A program made the position numbers and the translations under genes. From Macrostomum lignano (Eukaryota): a stretch of DNA of 64,000 nt. Positions 32,026 through 44,945 of this stretch are shown here, one piece after another (the stretch's first letter is position 1; each line of letters starts with the position of its first letter). The notes below the pieces were generated by a model. That model was not told the origin of the DNA. It did not search any database and saw nothing but the letters and a program-made list of their open reading frames with translations. The stretch spans positions 40,891-104,890 of the forward strand of contig NIVC01002272.1 in the NCBI GenBank assembly GCA_002269645.1, in the 5' to 3' direction.

Positions 32026-34473
32026 TTAAAGCAGCATATTGATTGCCATTAAATAATACCAATGGAATAGGTTTATGAAATAAATATTCCCCTGGAAAAA
32101 CATCAGTGTTTCATCATTTTCAATAGTACATAAGAAGCAGTTTTGGTTACAAAAAAATGTTGATTTAACTTTTTTCCCAACTATTACCCACCTATTAGAT
32201 ACCTGCAAGATAGAGCTTACTAAAATGAATGACATAGTCTTTGGTGAATATATTGGTATAACATATCTTTTGCTTAGCATTGCAGCCTTATAGCAGAAGC
32301 CTTTATAAGTAAGTTCTTTTGTAGAGAAACAAAACTGTCCCAAATTATTAATATCAATATTTAACTTATTGGCTAGCTTTAACTGATCAGGAATAGAAAG
32401 AACATTCTCAAGCTTGATAGCTTCAGATTTATTAAATTGAAGGTCAACATATAAAAAATGTTTTATAATCAATGCCTTCTTTACTTGAAATTTCTTGGAT
32501 ACTGAATAAGCTACATTAATAAAGTTCTTTGTATGTCTACTTATTTCTTTTATAACCTGGTGCTCTGCTTCAGATCTCATAGTCCATAGATAATAAAGCC
32601 CATTATAACAAAAATACATATCTACATAATGACAAATATAATGCAATTTACATTTATACTTGGGATTATTATTTGTTAATTTATATATCACTTCAATTTG
32701 GGTTGCAATCAAATATCTAAAATAATCCTTGTTGGTATTTTCTAATGGCACTAGATTAAATAATATATCCAAAAATTGCCGATGATTTAAAAACAATTCC
32801 CAAACATGAGGATGATTATCAAAGCTTAAATTGTCAAACTTTTCACCAAAAATAAGACCAAAATATTGTAAAAGATGCATCATTTGGCTTGCTATACATG
32901 ACAAATGATAGTTTTGAATATGATACTTTGATATAGATGGGAAAGAAATATTTGGAATATAGGACACTTGCTTATTAATAAATTCTATATTTTCACCCAA
33001 TGTTTTTATTAGATACTCAAAAACTAGACAAACAACAAGATGAGACATACCTTCTAATATATCATGCATAATATCTGGTGCAAAAAAAAGAGGAAGATTA
33101 ATATACATTATATCAAATAATATAGATTGGTTAGATACAAAGCCATTACATTGATTTCTAGATGATTCAATAATTGATAAATGAGTTCGCATATCAAATT
33201 TAAATAAGCAACCCAAGTCTTCCAAATTTACTTCACATAATTGATTATATTTTTTAAGACAATATTTACATATATAGCCACCTGAAAAACATTTTTGTAA
33301 ACCTAATAGACCATGCATTGACAAATTATCTCTAGTAAAAAAGCATGCAATGACAGGTAACTTGATAGTTAAGCTAATTTTTACTTCATTTAAGTATAAA
33401 TCATTTAATTCCTTAACCAATGGTGCTAAAAAAAGTTAATACCTGCCTTTTTGACCATATTGTCAGTACAAACTAAATTTAGGAAACAGAGACTAGTTGA
33501 TGAATTCCAAGATTCAGGAATATTAAGAATAGTAAAATAAATAACATACAATTTATGCTTAGTCTTTACTGAACCAATAGGATTGCAAACTTCTATTTCA
33601 TCAGAATATAATTTTAAATAAATTGCATAATCAGATAATGGTAAAATATAGTTTAAAAAATATGAAAACTTAAAGAATGGATTGTTATTTTGATTTGGTG
33701 GCAATAGTAAACAATCTAAAATATATTCATTATTTGATATACTTTCAATAGTTTCCTTAATAGACACATATTGAAACTTGACCTTTAAATTAGAATCAAC
33801 AAATTCAATAGGCTGAACTAAATTATATTGATTTAGAAGAATTTCTAATAATTTTCTATCACTTAATAAATGCTCAATACTTATGTCTATCATTTCTTCA
33901 ATATTTAATATTTCAAGGCTTCTATGTGAGGCTAAGGATGGAAAATGTTCATTCAAATATTGTTTAAAAAGTTGCAAATAGGCCCTAACTATTTGCAAAA
34001 TCAGATAATAACTCTTTTACTAACTGTCCTATTTGCATAGCTTTATACTTTGGAACCAATAAGAAATCTTTAGTTTTTATATAAAAATGTACAAAACTTT
34101 CTGCCAACTGGACTCTTAAGTTTTCCCTACATATCTCACTAGTTTGGTCTTCTTGAATTTGACTAGGCCTATTTCTATTTTCATCTATTATAGTATTCAG
34201 CAAATGAATAGGATGGTCAGAATTATTTGCTTCACCTGATTCACTAGGGTCTTCTCTTTCCTCATTGACATTAGTACTAGTAGAAGGAATATTTAATTTT
34301 AAGTGCTTCCTACGAGCATGCTGCCTAAGTGCCTCTATAGTACTACAGCAATGAAAGCAATCTTTTACTGGGCATACAAAAGAAGACTGACCAAAAGAGT
34401 GGTATTTCTTAACATGGCTAATACATGCTAAAACATTGGGAAATGAAAAATTACATATTTTACAAAGAAGCAT
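32026..34473 (-). CDS. EnSpm/CACTA transposase (~815 aa), split by two single-base frameshifts
   Basis: N-terminal C2H2-like fingers, then LYSDEIEVCNPIGS, YFTILNIP, DNLSMH..CKYC, PDIMHDILEG and WTMRSEAEH. Both frame breaks lie in T homopolymers (~33990 and ~33430). Confidence 0.85.
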
Positions 34474-37400
34474 GCACTTGTAAATTCAAATAGGCCTAGG
34501 TTAGTAAAAAGCCTTATGGACAATAGGTCTTGAAATTAAGGACCTTAAAGTAATAAAATTATAGCTTGGATCAAGCCAAGCAATTTAAGCAATTGGATAG
34601 GAACAGGAAGGCAAGCAATAGGAAAGCAAGTTAACGTTTCAAAGAGGGTGCATTAACTGAGAAAGAAAGATACACTGATTAGTGATGACTATTCATGCAC
34701 TGCCGGGTCGTTCTCAAAGCTAGGTCACAACTTTTTGTTATTGCAAAAAAAGTTTATACATCGACCAATAATCGTACAAAAAAAATTATTTCGACAATTT
34801 CTGTAAGAAGCTGCTACTAAAACCACAAGAAAACTTGAAATTGAGAAGAAATCAAGGCTATTTGTTATTCTTTGTTGCGGAAAATAAACGACAAAAATAT
34901 TAAAGAGAAAATTAAATTTTCTTCTATTTTTATTTTAAATATGCAGTTAAATTTCTTTTGCAAAAATAAAAGAACAAGAAATTGACAAAGGAAATGTTTT
35001 TGAGCACAGCATTTTGTTACTCTGCTCTAAATCCCAGACATTTAAAATTATCGTGTGCAAAAAAGTGCGAAATTATTATAGCATGCACTCGAAAGGACTT
35101 CGATCAGTTTAACTAATCACTGAATTAAGAAGTCTAAATAAGTCTTGAAAGGTTGAATTAAAAATCAAGTTTTCACTATGTATATTTTCAAAGTCAAGAT
35201 GATTCGACAAATAAAGAATGTTCATTTTTACGGTGAATAGAATTGTTCATTTTTACATTAAATATAATAAAATCTAACTAATAATAGAAAAAGTCAGGGA
35301 ACTATCCTTGAACACCAAAAAGCACATTGTGGATTTAATATCAACTGCATGTTCCTTAATAAAGGAATTCGGATTCTAGTATATATTTGATTATTTGTAG
35401 CATAATTTCTGAAAACTATAACTTGCTTGATTTTACTTTAAGTACTTATTACATTAATACTTATACCAAAGCTACATGTACTTAAAATAAAAAATTATAG
35501 TTACTTATTAGACATTTTACTCCAATTAACTTGAAATAATTCAAATTTATTTTAATTAATTCATTTTTTGAAACTTTTTGGAAAATAGACAAAATTGAAT
35601 TATTTAATTACCAAAAACCTACTAGCTTAACTAAAATAGCAATTAGTCTTTAAGAAAAGAATTCACTTGTTAATTGAGAAAAATGAGGATGTGCGAGGTG
35701 TAAAAATGCGAAAGAGCATGCAGGAAACAGAGACAAACAAAAATGTAGGTAAAAGACACTGCACATGCACATAATATGATAACCAGACATAATGCGCACA
35801 CTGAAACGTAGCAATGACGCCCAAGCTTTTGATGATCACAAGCGAAAAGGCAAAACCCAGCCATCAATCAAAGAAGTAGACTTTAGCACGCATCTTGAGT
35901 GCATCACGCATTTTTTGCAGAGAAGCTCGAAAATTAACATTGTATTCTGTGCACAACCACCAACTGCGACAGGGTCTGCCGGGGGATTTGTGGGCACGCG
36001 GTCGCGGATACAAATCGGAGGAGTCGCTGACCATTCTGAAATTACTAGCTAGTACATGTAATTTTGTGTATTAATATATTTAGCCCGCTTTATTTCTATG
36101 CTCTCGTCCGCCTCTCGTTAATGCATCCCCAGCAGACTCTTGCAATAATCAAACTTATGATCGAACTATGCATGGCTTCCGTCCCTCGCTTTGAATCTCT
36201 CACCTCCCCATAGTTCCATCAACCTTACCTTAGTGGCTTCCTATGCAAAAATCATCCCTCCGCATCTTACACAGGCTACTTCAGGCTGTAGACTGTACTA
36301 CACTTTTACTTCAGTAATTAGTTGCGCTATAAGGAATCTACATGCATTTTGCTCGCAGCGCAGCGCGTTGCTCAAAGAAGTTTAGTTCTATCTAGATATT
36401 CTAGTAATTTCAGGTTTGTCGATAGACTAGAGCTCATGAGATGAGAATTCCATTAACTAGTACATTTAATATGAATGAACTGCGTGTGTGTGTGCTGTGC
36501 ATACATATGTATAATATACGAGTAGTTTATGGGCCAAACTATTGTGTGGCACAATTCTTGGCATCACTCAGCAGGCACAAGATGCAGTTAAGCAGCGCAC
36601 GAAAATTCTACAAAAGAAATTGAGCCTGGTTGAGGTGATGCGAGGAGGCAGATCCACACAATCTCAGTGAATACACCAGACTGCACCAGATACGAGTCCA
36701 GTCGAATGTGCGCACTGGTCTAAGCAGCACACGCATGTCCTTCTGACAATGACGGCACCTAGCTTCGTCCAAGCCTTTGCCAGCGTCACTGACAGCGTTA
36801 ATACTACCATGCAGTGCCACCTGCAGCACCGACAACGGCAATTCCTCCAGTTAGCCCACAACAGTGGCTAAACTGAGGGACAGGGAACCTACCCACAGAA
36901 GACACACACATACACACACAGCACCGGCAGCAGCACTCTGACAGCATAACCTAAAGCTCCATGAGCTCAGTTTTCAAGCATTGAAGAAGCAGAAGCAGTC
37001 ATCTTGGATCCAGGGATCAGGAAGAGTGTTGCATGTCCGACATGTGCTGTTTCCGTGGCAAAAGGTGATGGAGCAAATTAATCAACACTTACTATCTAGC
37101 TCGTATTAAGACTAAAAAACTGAGGCAAGCAGGGATTAAACCAAAGAAAATTTTTTACTATACTTTTTTACCATACTTTTACTATACTTCTATAGTATAG
37201 TAGAGAGGTACTGGTACTCTATTTAAATGCAGTAAGAAGTGAAACAAATTTATATATTTAATTATTAAATTAAATTAATTCAAGGTAAATAACTAATTTA
37301 ACCAATTTATTAGGAGTATTTATTATTATAATAAATTGATTTTTATACCTTACACGAAATAAGCTCTACATTCATTTCTTAGCTTGGGGCCCATCTGTAT

Positions 37401-38960
37401 AAGGTCAGTTTCTTCAAAATGCTGATTAATTAATTAAGGCCTGTTGTCTTTACTTAAATTTATAAGGGCATCTTAGAAGTTAATATTACTATATAATACA
37501 TGTATAATAGTATTACTATATTATAATAATATAGTTGCAATTTTAATGACTATTAAATAAGTTTAAATGCTTCCCCTATTGACTCTAAATATATGGTATC
37601 TTTCCCTTCAGAAAAAATTAGCATAGAATGACTTGATGAAAACAAAAAAATCATTTAGAGATACACATTTGCTGATCATTCAGGTCAAATTTCAAGGTCC
37701 AGTTTTGCACATGTTTCTCTGTAGCTTGGTTACAAGGATTTTAATAAAAATATAATAAATATGTCCAATGAACTAACTGATACATAGCCAAATTGAAGTA
37801 TTTTCAAAAACAAAAAAATCATTTGCTCAGTTTACTTTACTGGATATCTGTGTAAAATTTCAGCTCAAAAGGTGCTCCATGGAGAATGCTAGTGTGGTTA
37901 CAGGATATTTATTTTGTGCTTCAAAGTAGGAGTTTATTGCGATGCATGGTTGCTTTTAATTATTTTTATCAACAATAGTGCTCTATTTCATAACAATTTT
38001 TTACAAAAAGATAATAAGACATGTTTTTCTAATTATCTGCATCAAAATGTATCATTTTAAGCACGCATTCTAGACGTCAGCCGAAAAATACATTTTGTGA
38101 GACGCAAAGAGGCTATCCCACCGGAAATGCTAGGCGTACAGTTAAGCGTCTATAAAATCATTTGTAGTGCAGTTTATTGAGCTTTAAAAAATTCTTAAAT
38201 TAAATTTATATAAGCTTTCATTTTAAATGTAATATAGCAAGGTTTCAACACAACAACAACTTTTTTTAGCTACAGACATCTTGTAGTATCAAAAATTAAC
38301 ATCGGTGAAATGATTGAATTTGATTTTTTTCAACGCTAATTATCGCTTAATACCGCCAGATGATTAAAAACACTGTTGTATGATAAAGTTCAACCCAAAA
38401 ATTATCTTTATTGACAGATAAAAGTGTCCTATTATTTTCAATATGGCAGTAACAATAGTAAATGTTTGGAAAATTGTTAAAATTTTTGCTCCTCCTAGAA
38501 TTTGCGAACGACCCTGCCACAAGCTATAATATCAAAAGCTATCGAGTTTTGTATCGAGTATTGTAACTTTGTTCAGCCCATTTCATGCAATTTTAAACTT
38601 AAAAAGCTTAAACAAAAAAGTATATTAGTAAGTTAGGTGAGAAAACTATTTTATTCTTTTATACATTTCATGAGTTTTCATAATTTTTGCTGCTAGCAAA
38701 TTTTGTAGCGCCTTTAATTGTGTTGCTGGAAGGAACGGATGCTAAAAGGTATGGCTCGGTCTTGGATTCAGGGAATGTACAGATTGCCCTCGCACAAAAG
38801 TATTTGTTTTCTGAAAAGGTTCATCCAACTTAATTTCATTAACCCTTCAATTTCTAGGACTAAAGAAACCATTTTTGCAATTTCCTGTTTTGGACCTCAT
38901 CTGACCAAGAGGTCCGATTATTACATTCGGACCTTTCATGGACCTCTTTGCATAACAGTG

Positions 38961-41531
38961 TGCCTTCAATGGCTGCATAGTGAGCACAGTTCATGCCGTC
39001 TTTACTTTTGATGGCTGCAGAGAACCCCTTCTGCTCAAGAAACTTGAACACCTCCAGGTTTCCTTTGTTCGCTGCCAGGTGTAGAGGTGAGCGGGCCTCT
39101 GGTTCAGCAGTGTCTGGTTGGCAGGAGCTTGGACAGTTGTCGCAGACCCACTTCACCAGCGCCAGCTTGTTTTCGATTGTAGCGACGTGCAAAACGGAAT
39201 GTTGCTTGTTGTTTCTGAGGTCCGTGCGGCATCCGAGTTGGAGCAGCATTCTCGCCATGTCCAGCCTGCCTCTCATGATGGCCAAATGAAGCGCTGTGTC
39301 TCCGTCGGCATCCACAGAGTCTACAATCTCTTTTGCTAACTCACGGTTGAATTTGATGAACTCTTTGAGCAAGTTTGCGTCACCAAGCAAAATTAAGTGA
39401 TGTAATAGAGTCATGTCTTTTTGCTTTTTCTTGCCGTCGAAGCCAAAAGTCACCAGATACTTGAAGTGATCTAGGTTTCCTGCCTTGAATATTGCCTTTA
39501 AAGTAACATTCTTAAGAGCCACGTCTTTGTCGAAGTGACCGTTCTGCTCTTGAAGAATATGAGTAATAACGGTTTCGTTCAGAGCCACAGCAACAGACAT
39601 AGGCGTGTCTCCTGTCACACTATAGACGTTTGGATTTGCACCTTTTCGCAACAGAAGTTGCACAGCACCGATCTTCCCGTGTCTGATTGCGGTGAAGATC
39701 GGGGTCTTTCCATTGCTGTCTGTGAGGTTTGGAGCAGCACCGTTTTTCAAAAGCAGATTCATCACTTTCCGACTACCACAGGCGCAAGCAAAGTGCAAGG
39801 CACTTCTTCCCTCTTTGTTGACTTCATTGGCGTTCAGCCCAGCCTTTACAACACTTGTAATTTGCTTCATCAGTTCTTTCTTGCTGACGCAACCTTCTGG
39901 TAAACTCTTCTTGGTTCCCTGACTTTCAATTAGCTTGATCACTCGACTCTGATCTTTCTGCGAAGATGATCGCTTGATTCTATTTATCTGCTGCTGCTTG
40001 GATTCATTTTCCCTCTTAGCTCTGTCTGGGTGTGACGAGGAATTTTTGCTGCTCAGAATGTGCAGCACGTTGGTGCCTTCACCGTCCTTTTCGCTAACTC
40101 GAATTTCCGCCCTCAGCAGCAAAGGAATCAAACTCAGATGCGACTTCTGAGCTGCGATGTGAAGGGAGTTTTGTCCGCGAGCATTTTTATAGTTAATGTT
40201 GGGCCGCTGCTCGAGCAAAAACTTCAAAACTTCCTCTTGGCCGTTCAGACAGGCAATGGTGAGGCAGTTCTCTCCGTCAGCTGTGCGGCTGCTGATCGAC
40301 AACTGGCCTTTGTACTCTTTGAGCAGGATAACATTTCCCTGCTGACAGGCGTAGTGAGCAGCGCTCCACGAATTGTTATCGAACATTTCGGTCAAACTTA
40401 CTCCCCTGCTGCTGAGCAGAGACAGAATTGAAGTTCTGTTCAGTTTAACACATAATAGAACTGGTGATGTCCCTGACTCGTCAAGCGCATTGGGATCTAG
40501 CCCTTTGCTGATGAGAAAGTCAATGACTGACTCATTGTTGTCATTTATTGCGAAGTGTAGAGCGGTCTTTATCGAGTTGTCGGTTCTGCTCAAGTTGCAT
40601 CCCTGGCTGCAGAGAAAGCTAAGAAACTCCTCATTCTGCTTGGCTGCAGCCAGCATGATTGGAGTGACTCCGTCGAGGTCGGCTTTGTCCAGCTCAGCAC
40701 TGTGCTCGTGAAGCAGCTTCAAAATTTCCAACGATCCGTAATAGCATGCAAAATGTACTGGGGTTGTTCCTTTGTGCGTGACCGTGTTTACGTCTGCGCC
40801 TTTGCTGATCAGGAACTCGGTCATCGCAGGGTTCTTCTTAAAGCATGCAATCATCAGTGGAGTGATTCCCATCTTGTCCTCCTGGTCAATTCGGCAGCCG
40901 AACATGGCAAAGTAGCGAACGATTTTTGCATTACCGGTCTTCGCTGCCAGGTGAAGAGCATTTTCGCCGAGGAAATTTCTCCTGTTCACATCGGCATTGA
41001 TGGCATTGCTGATGATGGCGAGGGACTCGCTGCCCTGAGCAGCGCACAGCATGAACGGTGTTGACCCGGTCTTGTCCTCCGTTTCGGTAGGAGATGTGGC
41101 TTCCAGCAGGACCATTGCTGCATCATTGTCTGCTTTGGTGCAAGCAATGTGCAGTGCGCTCTGCAGTTTGTCATTGGTGGCTTGCAAATCCTTATCACCT
41201 TGCAAGACCAAGTACTTTAAAATTTCGAGGTTACTAGTATGAATTAGACAAACAAGGAGGGGTGAGTTTCCTTCTTCATCAACGACACTTAAATCCGCAC
41301 CATTCTTGTGCAAATGCTTGACAATATCCAAACTGCCAGTGAGCACTGCATAATGCATAGCAGTCCGTCCCATACTATCTTGGTGATTAACGTCACAAGC
41401 GTGTGGTGTATCGGTCAGATACTTTGCTGCATCGAAAGCTTTGGCCCTGACAGCCATTATGAGCGGAGTCGTCCCAGTGATGTCTGCTTCTTCCAGTGCC
41501 ACGTTTTTCTGTCGCAAATACCTCAGCAGAG
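38961..41531 (-). CDS. Ankyrin-repeat gene, middle part of the giant exon (between the two transposons)
   Basis: About 857 open codons of tandem ankyrin repeats (TPLIMA, TAMHYA, TPFMLC, TALHFA, SALHFAC and others), in frame with both flanking parts once the elements are removed. Confidence 0.9.
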
Positions 41532-44500
41532 CACATGGTGACGCGAATTGCGCAAAATTGCACAAAATTACGTGAGAAAATTGAAAAAAATTGGGCAAGA
41601 ATTGCGCAATAATTGCACTCAAATTGTTCATTAAGTGCAATAAAATTACACGAAATCACGCTTAAAATTACAATTTAATTGAGCATAAAATTGCAATTCA
41701 AGAGCTTAGAAATTGCCGTTGGAGTGGCACTTCAGAATATTGATACGCTCGTATTATAGTGCAGGTAAATTTTAAGACTTCCCAAATTTAGCACTCGATC
41801 TGCAATTTTCATTATATCTGCTCAGAATTGAACCCAGAAAAGTAATTAAGACACAGTAAAAACCACCTGTGTTATTTCGGAATACATTAAATTTTGCAAT
41901 TTTTCAATAAGATGTTATAATCATTTTTCAATCTAATACATTTCATTGTAATTTTTTATTTCACTTTACTACATATTAAAAAATAAAACTACAAACAGAT
42001 ACTAAATATAAACCTTTACGGGCAAAAAACGATGCATAAGATACAAGAAAATACTTGCATAGATTAGTAAAAATTATTATTATTAAAATATTACTATTTA
42101 ACTATTTAGAAAAATTATTATTAAACCATGAATAAGCACACTGAACATTGAAACTAATTGAAAAATTCTTTTACATTCGAAGTGCAAAAGCGTTCTAAAT
42201 AAACATAATTTATTAGTTAAACAATATTTTAACTTTCAGGGGTGCTGGCTGCATCAGCATGTTTATCTAAGCAGTTAAAACTTTAAAGATGAAGCCTTTT
42301 ACACATCTATGATGAAGCTTTTGGATACTTTTAAGTTTAAAACCTTTCAAGATTCCGAAATGAGACTTTCTAAGAACCCACAGGTAATTATTTTGTAGAA
42401 TTGAATATTTAAAAAAAGATCCCAGATAAAGTTAGGATTCACTTTTCGCTTATTTATAATTTTTTATCGCCTTTCCATGATCTTACTTAGACATTACTTT
42501 TTAAGGCTACCTAACATTGCCAGCCTGAAGCTCGTAAGAGCTTCCAGAAGTCAATTACAGTGATTACCTTGCAGTGATTTAGTGATTGCTTATTTAATGT
42601 TATTCCTATAGGCTATAACTGATACTTAATGGTTTCCAGTATTGTCTTTCTTACGCTTGCCAGAAATGTCACGAAACATTTGATTTAACGATGCTCGCAC
42701 AGATCTCCAGTTGTAGGCTGCAAACCATTCGGACAAAACAGCTCGAAGCTCCTCGACAGATTGCTCGTCCATCGCAATGCGCTCCGTTAAGCCATTCAGC
42801 TCAATAATTGCAGAAATGCAATACTCCTCACCGAAGCGTCAAAGAACATACTTTATGTACATTAGAGTTTATGTACATTGGCCCGCTATGAGAATTCAAT
42901 TTAGGAAACCATAGAAGCACAAACTCGAAAGGCAATGGTTGGTTAAATTTGTCTGCAGCATGCCTTCGCTTTTGTGTGTTCATTTCTTGGCATGAAGAGA
43001 AACACAATTGAGTATTGAGTTGAAGTTGCACTGCTTTATAATTATAAAAGAGTATTATATTATAAATAATAATTATAAAATAATTATATAATTAATAATT
43101 ATAAAATAATTATAATAGATTATAAAAACAAAATAGCTTTTTGAGCCACTTATTTTATTTATTTATATAGATTTCATTTTAGAATTTTGGCATACCATTA
43201 ATTTGTATATGGAATCATAAAATATCATTTTGAAAACTTGCAACCAAGATTTTCATAAAACAATCTAGATATAGTGATATGATATATAGTCTAACAGACA
43301 ATATATCAATAGAAGCCAAAATATTAAATACCTTAAAATAGTAGCTAATTAGTAAACAGAAGCTATACAAATGATTATACGCTCATAGCTAGGCCTAGTC
43401 ATTAAGTCATTGATTAAGTTAGTAATCTAGTATATACCTACTTACTCAACTATCTTTTGCATATATTATGCTGTACCATTTAATAACCTGATAAGCTTCA
43501 GTTTGACTTTTAGACAATACATCAATTAATTTAATTAGAAAAAAGTAAATGTTTTTAAAATAGCTATAGCTACATTAATTAAAAACCTATTTGTAGGCCT
43601 AGCTAATTGCCTATTAAACAATGATGTTCAATTTCATGCTTCACTAATTTAATTTAATGTATAGCTCCTATAAATAGTAGAGCTACTAAAATAATTTTGA
43701 ATTGAAATACATAATGTAATGACCAATGACGATGTAATTACAATTAAAGTATAACTTATTAATACAAAATTTTAGTCTACAAAGTGCCAATGCAGTATTA
43801 AAATTAATTGTATGCACTTGCCTGATACTGAGAGAGCTCTAGTCCTAGATATAAGAAAATGATAGAAAAGTATAATTACATGTATGAAACTAAAAGATAA
43901 AGTTCAAATACAGAGTTGACAAAACATTAACAATGACATAGTACATAGACAATTGGTAGCTTTTAGTATTTTATAAAAGGAGCTATGAAAAATGAATTGG
44001 ACAAACTCCAATAATGCTAGCTAGACTAGTCAATACTTATTAGTAATAGCTAGCAATAATAGGACTAGAATTAGATAAACTAAAAAACTTTTTTTGAGTT
44101 TTACAATCTTAAGTCAAGACTACAAGAGTAAATAGCAAGGCTAAGTTCTTGTCATTTACGACAAGTGAAAAGCAAGTGGCATTACTAGCCTTCAATTTCA
44201 ATTACAATGATAAAAAAGCTAGTAAAAACAACAAAGGAGAAGGCAACAACAACAAGCAAGAGCAAGAAAGCAGCAATACTACGTCGACCAATATCGGAGC
44301 AATAAGGCGCGCTGCTTTTTAAATTTAGCAAAGTTGTTACACTTTTAAACAAAAAATTCCTAAAATGGTAGATACACTTTCTATTGAATATACAAAGCAG
44401 ATAGATTTCTAAGAAAAATCAATTTTATTTGTTTGTAAGAATTTAGAACACTTTAAATTTGTTCAGGGAGTCGTGAAAATGCAATCATGTAAGTACAACT

Positions 44501-44945
44501 TATATTGTGCATATTTGCAGCTTATATAAATCATTTTATACCTCAATTCCGAAGACTTTGTCTATACTATGCTTCAATATATTGCAATTCATTTTCTGTA
44601 CTCGTCAGAATCTGCATGTAATCGTTAAAAAATAATTTCTTTTGGCAATCTACATGTAATAGATGCGATGTAAATGTACCAGTAGCAAGGATATTTTTTA
44701 TCTACTACTATACAAGTAATATTTAAAGCATATTTGAAATTGAAAAAATTGCAATATTCTTTGCAATGCGATTGCAAGAATTTCACTTTCTTGATATGTC
44801 TTTAACACTACTTACATAAGCATCTAAAGCGCACATGAAAGTTGAGAAAATTGCAAGTTCTATGAGAAAGAAATTGCAATTAAGTCAATTATTGTGAATA
44901 AAATTGCAAGTTTCAAATTCTTTCCTCAATTTCGGGTATCATGTG
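41532..44945. mobile_element. Non-autonomous CACTA-like element, 3.4 kb, inserted in the ankyrin exon
   Basis: Ends CACATG..CATGTG (6 bp perfect, imperfect to ~19 bp), 2-bp TSD AG (41530-41531, 44946-44947), and dense AATTGC(A) sub-terminal repeats at both ends. AT-rich, with no long ORF. Confidence 0.88.

Larger units (their letters stand above)
27826..38960 (-). mobile_element. CACTA/EnSpm (CMC) transposon, 11.1 kb, inserted in the ankyrin exon
   Basis: TIRs CACTGTTATGCATAAAGGTCC / CACTGTTATGCAAAGAGGTCC, 2-bp TSD TG (27824-27825, 38961-38962), AGGTCCG sub-terminal repeats at both ends, and two internal genes. Confidence 0.93.

Noticed and set aside
36560-37060. Cys-rich ORFs inside the EnSpm 5' region
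   Set aside because: Short, with inconsistent frames, no recognisable motif and no convincing splice pair.
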